A DNA stretch of 63,907 bases, the filler included, from Licmophora abbreviata (taxonomy: Eukaryota), in assembly GCA_900291995.1 (NCBI GenBank). It is 10 parts of 10 records of this genome, joined end to end, with 100 filler letters (N's around TTAATTAATTAA, not from the genome) between each part and the next. Parts side by side here need not be neighbours in the genome. Positions count along the whole stretch, not along the records: positions 23,354 to 25,072 come from OLMU01000891.1; positions 25,173 to 29,669 come from OLMU01000892.1; positions 29,770 to 34,243 come from OLMU01000893.1; positions 34,344 to 43,147 come from OLMU01000894.1; 6 more parts are not named here. One strand, 5' to 3'. Positions 23,850 to 35,164 of the stretch are shown here, piece by piece; the first letter of the stretch is position 1, and the number at the start of each line of letters is the position of its first letter. The translations under genes were made by a program, and so were the position numbers. A model generated the notes under the pieces. The model was not told the origin of the DNA, did not search any database, and saw nothing but the letters and a program-made list of their open reading frames with translations.

Positions 23850-25037
23850 ATGCAGTCGCACGAGCCTGATGCTCATTTTGACCTTGGCTACGGAGCGTAC
23901 GGTGGCTACGAAGAGCACGACAATGCCATTGCGCATCTGGGAGACGACGGAGACCACCGACCGGCCGACGTTGACTTTGACAACCCCAAAATTGCATCCC
24001 TGCCCCGGATTCTGCTCATGGGGCCCAGGCGAAGTGGCAAAACTAGTATTGAAGTGAGTGCGAATGTTTTCGACCATGCCATATGTCGCGTGTTACCTTT
24101 CGATTCTCACACGCTCACTCCTTGTGGTCTCAAGAGAGTTATTTTTCACAAAATGTCACCCCATGAAACCTTGTTCCGACTGGAAAATACGCAGGGCCTC
24201 GAACGGGCGGTGGTGGACCACACGCCGCTCTGCCGCTTTACCATTTGGGACTTTCCGGGCGATTACTATGGCGGCGAAGACGATGTCTTTGTGGGACCCA
24301 CATCCCTAATTTTCGTCCTGGACGCGCAAGATGAACCGTACGATCATGTTCTGCAGAGCTTTACAAACGCGGTGACGCGAGCTATTCAACTGAATCCTCA
24401 AATTACTGTCGAAGTCTTTATCAACAAAGTGGACGGGGAACTGTTTGTGAGCGACGAGTCGAAGTACGATTGCCGAAGAGATATAATGGCACAAGCGACA
24501 GAAGAATTGACGGATGCAGGAGTCGATCCAGATGGAATTCACATTCGCTATCATTTGACGTCGATTTACGATCATTCCATTTACGAGGCTCTCAGTCGCG
24601 TCGTGCAACGACTCATTCCGCAATTGCCAACTCTGGAGAATTTGCTGAATGTCTTGGTCAGTACATGTTCCATGGAAAAGGCATATCTGTTTGACGTTGT
24701 GAGCAAGTTATACATAAGTACCGACTCCGGGCCTGTCGATATGCAAAGTGTTGAGCTATGCTCGGACATGATTGATGTAGTACTGGACGTAAGCGGTATT
24801 TATGGGCTTGGACCGTCGCACCAAAAGAATCAAGAGAGCATTGAACACGATGCGACCGAGCCAAAGGGTGACAAGGGTACTAATCCTACTGCAGTAGAAG
24901 GTGGCGGCGGCGGTGACGAGCTAGTCGGGACGCTCATCAGCCAAGCGCCTGCGCAAGATTTAGAGGAGGAAATGATCGACCCAGATTCTGCATACGATGA
25001 CGAGAGTGCTAGTGTGATTCGGCTGAGTAATGGAATG
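23850..25037 (+). CDS. RRAGC: Rag GTPase, RagC/D (Gtr2) type; intron 24054-24134; 3' end lost or uncertain at gap
   Basis: RILLMGPRRSGKTSI, FHKMSPHETL, IWDFPG, NKVDG, LTSIYDHSIYEA, LCSDMIDVVLDVSGIYG. Confidence 0.93.
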
Positions 25038-25605
25038 GTAAGTTTTGTATGGCTGTCCTATGATACGAAATGNNNNNNNNNNNNNNNNNNNNNNNNNNNN
25101 NNNNNNNNNNNNNNNNTTAATTAATTAANNNNNNNNNNNNNNNNNNNNNNNNNNNNNNNNNNNNNNNNNNNNCAGCCGTATGAATGCGACGACGGCAAAC
25201 CACGTTTTGATCTGCTTCGAATATAAGGTGTGGTAGACTTTACCGTGATGTCTTTTCGGAAGACGCTTCGATGAAAAGGATATTGTACGGTAGAACAACA
25301 TTCGCCCCCTCAAGCTCTTTGTAGCTAGTAGCCTCTTATCTTGCGCTCTACCTAGTGTGTGATGGGCATCGGTATACCGTTGTTAGATGAGTCTAGCACT
25401 GAAATCACCGTAGAGTATGTACCAGGTTCTACGATACTGGGCTGATGATTGATTGCATACCGAATCGCATCTTTGGAAGAGCGAACCCGCTCGGCCAGAA
25501 CAAAAAGACACGCACCATCCGCATCATCACACGACTTGAAAGCCCCGTCCGAAGTCTTGACGTGAAAGACAAGCTCATCCAGGCAATCCAGCCCCCCTCT
25601 TCACC

Positions 25606-27268
25606 ATGAGTACCGCTCGTCCACCTCCAGAACAGGCCCCAGCACCAGACGCCGTCGCCCCGTCTTCGGAAGACGCCATGTGGGACGACAGCACGACGAC
25701 GGCCGCCCCATCGCCGATGCTGTGTTGCGGCTTTAATCAAGACGGCGGCTGCATGGCCATCGGGACCAATCAAGGCTTTTCCATTCACAATGTTCATCCC
25801 CATCAGGTTTCGGTCAGACGCGAATTGCAGGGAGGCATCGGCAAGGTGGAAATGCTTTTTCGATGCAATCTCATGGCGCTCGTAGGCGGCGGCCCCTCCC
25901 CTCATGCACCGGGCTACCGTGTCTTGATTTGGGACGATCATGTCCAGAAAGCTATCGGGGAACTCTCCTTTCGACAAGTGGTACTCGGAGTCAAGCTCCG
26001 ACGAGACGCTGTTGCTGTGGCCTTGCGAGATCGAGTCTACGTCTACCACCTCTCCGATCTATCCCTGCGAGACAAGATTTACACGGCCGACAATCCACAC
26101 GGACTCCTCTCACTCAGTAGCAGTGCCACACCGGCAGTCCACAGCGAAGCCGCGCATCCCAATATGATTCTCGCGTGTCCATCCGTCACGGAAGGTCACG
26201 TGCGCGTCGAACTGTACGGATTGCGCAAGACAGTGGTGTGTATGGAAAAAGGATCATGCGAGACGATGTGATGAAAGCAATGGCGGGACGAACGACGACG
26301 ACGACTCTCGCTGACACCTGTCTCTTTTTTCTCTCTCTCTCATTCAGCTCCTCGAAGCCCACGAGTCGTCCCTGCGCAATTTACTGTTAACGTCAGACGG
26401 TTCTCGTCTTGCGACTTCCAGTGTCAAAGGGACCGTCATTCGTGTATGGAACGTATCCACTCAGGTCTGTCTTCACGAATTCCGTCGTGGCGTAGAACGA
26501 GTTCAAATGACATGCCTTGCTTGGAGTTGGGACCACGAGTGGCTAGCCTGTACGTCGGACAAGGGAACTGCGCATGTCTTTCATGTGGACGTCATGGATG
26601 CAGAATCGAGCGATGCGAACAACACCAACGGATCGCCCGCACGACGACGAAACACTACTCTGTCGCCCAAGTCACCAAAACCAACGTCGTCATTGAGTCA
26701 ACGCGTTTGGAACAGTGTCAGTCGGAGTAAGGCATCCTCAGCAAGAGGCGAAGAAAAGTCAGTGGTACAAATACGGGGTATTCCCGAACCACTGGCTTGC
26801 GCATTTGTGCCTGATTTACCGCATACGCTGTCGGTGGTCGGACGGGATGCGGATGGCAATGGAGTTTTGGCCTTGTCGGACTTTTCATCCATACTGGATC
26901 ACCACTTGCCTTCCAATGAGGCAACTCGTGTTGCATATCATGTAGTGGCCAAGTCGTCGTCTTCGTCGTCGGTGGGGGCGAGTATTGGTGATGGACGCAG
27001 CAAGCGATGGCGTGCACCGGTGGGTCCCGGTGAAACCATGCCGCCGTCGGAGGAAATTCATGGAAAATTGTACGTCGGAGAGCGGCTAGAAGTGCTGGAA
27101 AACAAAATGAATGAAATTACGTTCGATGAAGAAGAAGGGTTTGTGTCGGTATCCACGGGGGGTGGTGCAAAGAAAACGGAGGAGGTGAAACCGAGTTCGG
27201 AACAAGAGGTGAAGCAAGAACCGGAGGAATCCGTCGAGAAAATAGTAGCTACCGCGACAGAGAAATAA
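25606..27268 (+). CDS. ATG18: PROPPIN WD40 autophagy protein (ATG18/WIPI family); intron about 26236-26348
   Basis: FNQDGGC, VEMLFRCNLMALVGGG, EAHES, LATSSVKGTVIRVW, phosphoinositide-binding EFRRG, SDKGTAHVF. Confidence 0.93.
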
Positions 27269-27370
27269 ATCTTGCCATGTGCAACAGACATGTGTGATGG
27301 CTATGTTATTATAATGAACGCCCTTTTTGTGCTTTCGCCCATAATGACAGCTAGTTACATCGTTGGGGAT

Positions 27371-29669
27371 CTAGCTGTCGGTTTCATCTTGATCTTCCTG
27401 CTCCTCTTCGCCATCTTCCTTCTCGTCTATTTCAGTTGCATCAGGCTCGTCGTCGCTGACGTCCTGCTCGTACCAGACTCCACCACCACCGTCAATCAGC
27501 TCACCCTTGGCGTTATCATCCTTTGAGTACACGCCAATACTCTGCATCGTATGACTGCCCTTCTTGCGACTTTTATGTGTAGCCGCTCGCTCTGCAAGGC
27601 TCTCTGTTGACTCACCCTTTTGCCGATCTCCAATCTTAACTACAACAGAAGCGGTAGGAAACAAGCCATGTGATCGCAATGACTTCTGCATAGCCCCAGA
27701 ATCCGTAGATTTCACGACAAGACGTTTGGCAGCGCACGTTATCTGTACGTCCTCCTGTTCCTTCATTTTGACTGGTAAAGCATCGACAATGGCGCTCAAC
27801 GGGTCGTCTGCTCTGAGAGACAGCTCGTGCATTTTCTTCTTGCCTTCGATCCGTAGGCGAATCGTTGCGGCATTGACATCGACCTCTTCTTCCTCCTCCT
27901 CTTCTTCGCTCTCGTCACCGCCGGCGGTCGCTTTTTCATCAGCCAGACGTTGCCGTTCAATCTCGTCTCGTCGTTTTCTCGCCGCAGCGGCTACCTTGTG
28001 ACGGTTCTGATCTACCCACTTGTCAATACAGTCTCTCGCAGCTGCCATTGGAGCAATGTTGACGACTTTCTTGTTCTTGGCCAGCATCATACTCTTTCCG
28101 TCCGCATTCATGGAGAAACCCACACCCTTGAGAAGTGCAACACACGGCGGAAACTGGGCAACTTTGGCCGCAATCACCTTATTTTCCAAGTTGACTTTTC
28201 GATATTTCATGTCTAACGGATGCCGAATCACGTTCGACAGAAGAGATCGAACAACCATGGCTGACTCTTCTGCATCTGCCATGTCGCCATTGCGAGCATG
28301 CACTAGATCCTCCAGTCGAGTCGCCATTCGATCTTGCAGTCGCTCTCGCGCCGAAAACGAAAAAGCTGCCCCACCTGCCGTCTTCGCTAGCTTGCTTGAC
28401 AGCGTTGCGTACTTTTCCAGTTCGTCTGTGGTTACGGGCGGTTCAAACTTGGCACCCGGCATGACGAGTCCCATCAAGAAATTCTTCATGGCCTCTTCCG
28501 ACCGCGGCATACCCTGAAACATATGAATAATCTTGCCATCACGGACCCCAAACACAGTAGGCAAGGCCGTCACCTCTAAGGCGCCACTAATGGCACGCTC
28601 ATTGTCAGAATTGATCTTGACGAGACGAAACATGCCTCCACCCTTGACGGCCATGTCTTCCAACACGGGAGTCAGCGCCTTGCAAGGACCACACCAGTCG
28701 GCATAGACATCCACTAACACAGGTACAGGGGATTCCAAGATAAGCGCCTGCACTTGGTCGGATGTAGCATCGAACACCACGTCTTCCTTTCGCGCGGACG
28801 GAGGTGCTTGCGGCGGAGAGGGCGCGGAAGCTGCCATGGCCGTCTTTGTCGGATCAAAGTCGGCATCGACCGTCACTGTCTTCATCGGTGGTGGTTCGGA
28901 AGCATCAGCCACCGCTTTTACTTCCTGTTGTTGTCGCTCCAACTCTTCCTGTTCTTCTTGTGCGTCCATTTTGTCAGCTTCTAGAATCGCGCGGGCATCG
29001 TCCATGTTCATCTCCGCAAAAGCCAGCGCCCGTCTGGCGAGAAACTTGTCATGTCCTTCGGTCACCAATTCATGTACCTGCGCACTGTCTTCTTGAACAG
29101 TCTCAATAAACGCCATTTCCTGTTGAATCATGTCGCGTGCAGCCTGCTCATCGAAAATACGCTGTTCCCCATCATCCATTACAAGAGTACTCGTCGCACC
29201 CAAGGCAGCCATGGCTAGACTCTCATCGACCTTGAGGTCGTTGGACAGACGAGCGGCAAGTACATTGACGTCTTGTTCTTGTTGAACGGGAGCTGCATCT
29301 GTTTTGACCACTGCATCTGTTGTTGGAATTGGACATGCGCCATCCTTGCATTCGTCCTCCTTGGCGCCATCGCCAGTGCTCGCCGCCGGAGACGATAGGC
29401 CCAGTTTTCGCATGGCAGCATGCACCTTGTCGTCCAGACTGGGTTCTTCTGTCGCCGCCGTCGCTCCATCGCTGTCGCCTCCTCGAATTTCCGCGATTCC
29501 ACTTTCCCCCAACAGAGCCGATCGAACGGGTTCACGTTCACAATCTGAGAATCCTGATGATACTAACGACGATGGCGCCGCTACTCTACTTCCTCCCCAG
29601 AGTCGATGAGCCGAGGCTGTCTGGAAGCGAGACGCATTCTGCAGCGCCAGAATTGCCATTGCAGTCAGG
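27371..29669 (-). CDS. Thioredoxin + PUB domain protein with UBA-like and C-terminal ubiquitin-like regions, resembling periplastid SELMA cofactor sPUB; N-terminus at gap
   Basis: VDVYADWCGPCK; PUB-like LLSNVIRHPLDMKYRKVNLEN...LLKGVGF; leader with hydrophobic residues, Ser/Arg-rich stretch and IRGG. Confidence 0.75.
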
Positions 29670-29892
29670 NNNNNNNNNNNNNNNNNNNNNNNNNNNNNNN
29701 NNNNNNNNNNNNNTTAATTAATTAANNNNNNNNNNNNNNNNNNNNNNNNNNNNNNNNNNNNNNNNNNNNGAATCAAGCGCGGGAAAACTCGAAAGCTCAT
29801 CTCTCATCGCACACACAATGATTGCGTGATGATGATGGCGAATCGTCACGAACATAAGGCGCCGGCACCAGATCGTTCGTATTTTCTTCACC

Positions 29893-31206
29893 ATGTCTTG
29901 GAATGTCTCTATAATTTGGATCCAACTGTTCCTTCTACAGTCCATCTCAGTTCTGGCACTCGCTTCCTCGTCCAGAAATCCTCCTAGTCTGTCGTTGCAA
30001 TCTCCACATCATGTCAGTTCGTCGGCGTTGCCCAGCGACACGCTCCGTGCACTTGCCGATGAGTGCGATCGACGGCACATAACAACTTTAGACGTGTATG
30101 GCGACTTCACAGAGTCGCCAGAAACTTCCTTTTTGCGAAATCTGGAAGCCACCATGGCGCAAGAATTTGGGAAAGAAGATGCCGTCTTTATGCCCAGCGG
30201 TGTCATGGCGCAAAACATTGCCTTGTTGATTCATCGTAGGAATGCCAGCGATCAACAACAACTTGACGATGAGCGACCGAATAGACAGAAGGAGCACAGA
30301 AATCGTTTCATGTGTCATTCGACAAGCCATTTACTACTTCATGAGAACGAGGCCTACCGAGAGTTACTTCACATGGAACCTGTGGTGGTCACTACCCCAC
30401 CGGACGGATGCAGCTATGCGCCAATGGGCGTCGACGACGTACGGCAAGCCATAAAAGAACACGAGGACGAACACACATTAAGCTCACTGATCTTGGAGGT
30501 GCCTCATCGAGAATTGGGTGGAAAGTGTACATCGTATCAAGATATTTTGGACATGCGAGAGTTTTGCAATCAACACGACCTCTACTTTCACTGCGATGGT
30601 GCTAGAATATTTGAAGCCACTGCGGCCTATCCTTCATTCTCTTCACTCGCAGAACTATGTCTACCGTTCGATAGTATATACATTTCCTTCTACAAGGGCC
30701 TCGCAGGACTCTCCGGTGCCATGCTGTTGGGAAATACAGAGTTTTGTGAGCAAGCCCGCGTGTGGCTGCGACGATTTGGAGGCAATCTGTACACGCTCTT
30801 GCCGTATGCAGTGAGTGGATGGAGTGGATATGACAGATTTTGGGCCAATGTGACTGCGGAAAGGACGTTTGTCGATAAGCGTGACAAGCTCCAGCGCATT
30901 GTCCACAGGCTATTGCAGGACCCAACGATTGGGCGGTCCGTCACGTTTGATCCGACGACACCAGAGGTCAACATGGTGCATGGGTACTTGCGGGTGCCGG
31001 TAGATACATGTATGAAGGCACTCGATCAAGTCGAGGCAACTACAGGCATTCGAGTGTTGGTACGAGTGAGAGAGGTTGCAGATACCGACTTGGCGTATAG
31101 TCAAGGGTACCGTTCCAAGTTTGAATGGACCATGGGCGAAGCGAATGGTGCAATAGCGGATGAGCCATTTGTCAAGGGCTGGAAAGATTTTATAGCACTG
31201 CTTTGA
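29893..31206 (+). CDS. Low-specificity L-threonine aldolase (PLP, beta-eliminating lyase family) with signal peptide
   Basis: DVYG, GKEDAVFMPSGVMAQ, HLLLHE, HCDGARIFE, SIYISFYKGL (PLP lysine). Confidence 0.88.
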   Translation: MSWNVSIIWIQLFLLQSISVLALASSSRNPPSLSLQSPHHVSSSALPSDTLRALADECDRRHITTLDVYGDFTESPETSFLRNLEATMAQEFGKEDAVFMPSGVMAQNIALLIHRRNASDQQQLDDERPNRQKEHRNRFMCHSTSHLLLHENEAYRELLHMEPVVVTTPPDGCSYAPMGVDDVRQAIKEHEDEHTLSSLILEVPHRELGGKCTSYQDILDMREFCNQHDLYFHCDGARIFEATAAYPSFSSLAELCLPFDSIYISFYKGLAGLSGAMLLGNTEFCEQARVWLRRFGGNLYTLLPYAVSGWSGYDRFWANVTAERTFVDKRDKLQRIVHRLLQDPTIGRSVTFDPTTPEVNMVHGYLRVPVDTCMKALDQVEATTGIRVLVRVREVADTDLAYSQGYRSKFEWTMGEANGAIADEPFVKGWKDFIALL

Positions 31207-31661
31207 AACTTCTTTAGTGAATGTGTGATAGCTGCGAGGCGTATGATAACGAGATAGTTGTAAGTATACGAGCTCACCTTGTACGTATTCGATTCACTCA
31301 TCCTTCACTTCGATTTTGTGTGAGAGTATTGACCTCCGGGTATCTGAGACATAGATGCGACATCCAAAGGACATCCGCTGAAAAACACCATCTGACGATG
31401 CAAAACTCACGGACGATGGACGGCGACGGCCTGTGGTGGCATTGCATCTTCGAACCACAGCATTGCATCCATTGAACCTCATTGATCCCCGTGTTCCGTC
31501 AGTTTCCACAACGTCAACGTCCGTTTAAGTCTCAGAAACACATTCGAAGCCTTTCCTGTGTTAACAGTTTCGGTGTTTCGTCTTCCAATTTACGACAGCG
31601 TATCGACACGTACGCACATCAGTCATCGCTCTCGTTCATCACTAGACTCGAAGATATCATC

Positions 31662-34600
31662 ATGTCCGCATCATCTGCTTTCATGATACCCCCAGAAGAT
31701 TCATACTTTGGACTGCAGCTTACCAGTCATCGCGATAAGGATTTGGGGGCCGATGCAATCAGCTTCTTTCAGTACGAATGTCTGTTAGCTGGAATTTCGG
31801 TCTTGTTTTGTCGGTGGACCGTGTCGGCCAATAAAGAGCCCCTGCTGTTGCGATTGTTTTTTGCGATAGCACTTGGATTCTTGGCCTACTGTAAAAAGTC
31901 GTATGGGCTCATCACGGCGGTACAGATCTTTTCCTATGCTGTACCTCTCTGGCTCACCACGTCTCGCCCTGTTGCGATTCCGACCCTGACTTCTACCGTG
32001 CTATCAGAGAAAACGTCAAGGCTCGTCTGGATTGGTATCAGCGCAGGCTTATCGTTCCTCATCAGTCATATGCTGCTATCTCGTGAGGTATGGATGACGA
32101 TTGCGCGATTCACTCCAGAGGTTGTTCAGCAAGCACTTGACTATTTGTTGCCGATTCGCGAAATGGGAGAATGCTACGACATTTTGGCCGCATTCGTCCA
32201 AACGGCGGTCCTACAAAAGCAGCTGTCGCACTTGTTCTTTGTCACTTTTCAGATCCAAGTTGCCATGGGCTACCTGGGTATTGACTTTTTGCGAAAGGAA
32301 CAGTCGAGGCGGAATCAACTGGTGCGAATGGACTTGATTGGACAAAGTACAGAGACACGAAAAGACGGCACCAATACTACCAACAGTCAGAAGGAGACAA
32401 ACAATGGTTTCGCACATGACAAACCAAACGAAGCCAGGAAGGAAGCCTCCTCTCGATTTCAAAAGAGCGCCTTGCCGTTTATCCTCTTGACCGCTGTGCC
32501 CTACATGGTGCAGATTATCGGCTTTGGAAATTTGAACCGATTCGCGTTTCTCTGCTTTGAGCACGACGTGCATCGTGTTGTTCGACTCAACGAACTGTTT
32601 GATCACGATGCCAACTTGGTGGCCATGGCAAACGATTCTGCGAACTCTCCTGCATGTAAGCTTTACAAACACTGTGTATCTGCGATCGTCGCTAGGGTAT
32701 CGTGAAAATCTTGTGAAACTGACACTTGCTCTTCACGACGCACACACATACGGTTCAGCTTACGCGGAATCCATGAACAATGCCATTACGACAGCGTATG
32801 ACCTGTTCAACCGCAAAATTTTCAGTCTGCCGAAGCTTTTATTGATACCTGGAATTATCATGAAGCAGCCCATGTTGGTGGCTCAGATATCGCCATTTAT
32901 CTTTGCATCTGATTATTTGAAAGGGCGACTCGTCGCGTACATGACTTCCACATCCGAACGCCTCGATAAAGAAATGAAAGAAATCATGTCGGTGCGGACC
33001 AAAGTGGAGGCGTTTGATATGAAAAATGCGGAACTACTCCAAAGAAGTGGAGAAGGAGCTACTTCTTTTACACAGCGAAAGTGGGAAGAGTTGACCGTGC
33101 GGATTCAACAGAAGGTCATCGTGTCGGATCTGATGAAACGGACCAAGGCTTTTTTCCAGTTTATTCAGCGGAACTTTGTCTTCACCGTCTTGATTGATTG
33201 CGCACTGGCGAATCTGATTGCGATGGGCAAGATCGTGTCGGCCGACATTTTCGTATTCTCACGGGCCATTGAAGATGCCGTGGACCTAGTGCTCATGCGC
33301 AGCCGTGCCGAATCGGAGCTGGCTCACATGACCACAGAGATTGGTCGACTGCGAACTTTGAAGCGAGTATGGGATGGCGGGAAAGATCGCGATTTGATAC
33401 ATTGTGCGGTCGCTCCCAAAGATGCGGTCCATCCGGGAATCATCATCCGGAATCTACATTATTCACGAGGGAGCGCATTGGTATGTCATGCTGGATCAGT
33501 CTGCCTTTGCTGCAAAGTGTATTTTGTCCATGCTATCATAAAACTTACGTGACTGCTGTTTGGTTGCCAATTCAGGTACGGGCGGATCATATTGAGTTCC
33601 CTCCTGGTATCTACGCGTTGACAGGGGTAAATGGTTCTGGAAAGTCAACGCTGTTCCGTGTGTTCATGGGGTGTGATACGAACGAGAAAAGTATTGATCT
33701 ACCCAGTAGCATCAAGTTGTCTACACCGATGGAGCCTTTTGTTGAGGAAAAGGAGGTTACTGACGAGGAATGTCCGACAGTAGATGACAGCTGTGAAGAT
33801 GAACAGGAAGTTATCGAAACCGCGGAGCACAAGGAGATTGTGCTACCGAAAGTCTCCCTGACGATGCCATCGTCGGACGTCGTCGAAATCAGCCAATCGT
33901 TCTACTGGCCGCTGTACACGAGACCGATTGATTGGATCTTTCAAAGACATCTTTCAGAGAGCGACGAAGAATCAGAAGCGCTCGTGAGAAGAGTTGCCGA
34001 GGAGCTCCAGTCATTGGAATTCCGACAATCGTCGACATGCAGCTCAGCGGACACGTCCGCGCCCGAGGATGTCGACGACACTTCAGCAACCTGCCCCTCG
34101 GAAGACACTGTGCTAAGCGTTATGGAAGAACTTGTCGAAGAAAAAGAGGACTGGTTCAACGATCTATCGGGTGGTCAAAAGAGCAAAGTGGAACTTGTTC
34201 GAAAGGTGAGCGCTGCATATCGAACTTCGGCGTCGTCGCACTTNNNNNNNNNNNNNNNNNNNNNNNNNNNNNNNNNNNNNNNNNNNNTTAATTAATTAAN
34301 NNNNNNNNNNNNNNNNNNNNNNNNNNNNNNNNNNNNNNNNNNNCGCCTGATCAAATCCCACCAATAGCGTGCCCTGCGATGCCCCGCTCCCCACATGAAC
34401 AGGTTTTCTTGAGCGACAAGTGTCCTAGCGTCCTTCTCGTCGACGAAACAATGGCACCTTTGGATCCAGGGAGCAAGAAAAAGGTCATGTCAAAGCTGAA
34501 GTCTTTTTGCGACGGGAGTGTGGTGATTGTCATTTATCACACGGATGTCCAGGGTTCTGACTCGGCCAATGATGGAGCGGTCGAATGCGTACCGAGCAAC

Positions 34601-34663
34601 GATTTCTTTGACGCGAACATTCACTTGGTAAATCATACGCTGGTCAAGCGGCCAGTATGCTAG
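31662..34663 (+). CDS. ABC transporter, half-size (TMD + NBD), multi-exon, spans gap 34244-34343
   Basis: Multiple TM helices; Walker A GVNGSGKST, signature LSGGQKSK, Walker B LLVDE, H-loop VIYH. Confidence 0.85.
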
Positions 34664-35164
34664 CTAGATCGCAATGCACAGATTGAAGATAGTAGTTGAC
34701 ATGTTTGCCTATCACATCGCTTTTTTCGACTTGAGATATTGGTATTGGCCTATCACTAATTTTCTTAGCGGTAAGGGTGTGGGCTACAGCAGGCTCAACG
34801 ATGATGCCCATGGATGCAAAATGAAAAGCGTTATTGAGATCGTGCCTTAACAGATGATGATTGTGACGGTGATATTTTCATCTTGTACACTTTATGCAGT
34901 ATACTTATAATAAAACAGTCGCACCAGACATGCATTTTTATCAACCGCGCACATCGGCGTTTCGTGTGTTTCGATGCATTCATGTGAGAGTCTTGTAGAC
35001 TACTCGAGTAGACTATTGTGGTCGGCATGGGTCTGCAGGTACAACCGCTGAATTTGAGGTGAAGCTCGATCCGAGCTAGGCGCAATAGAAAGACAATTTG
35101 AGGGGAAAGGTGAAAAGTCTGATCTGCTGTTGTTGTCATCTGAGGATCCGGGGCGGGGGACACG

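Noticed and set aside
24054..24134. 27-aa insertion after the Rag P-loop
   Set aside because: An 81-nt stop-free GT-AG intron; removal restores KTSIERVIFHKM
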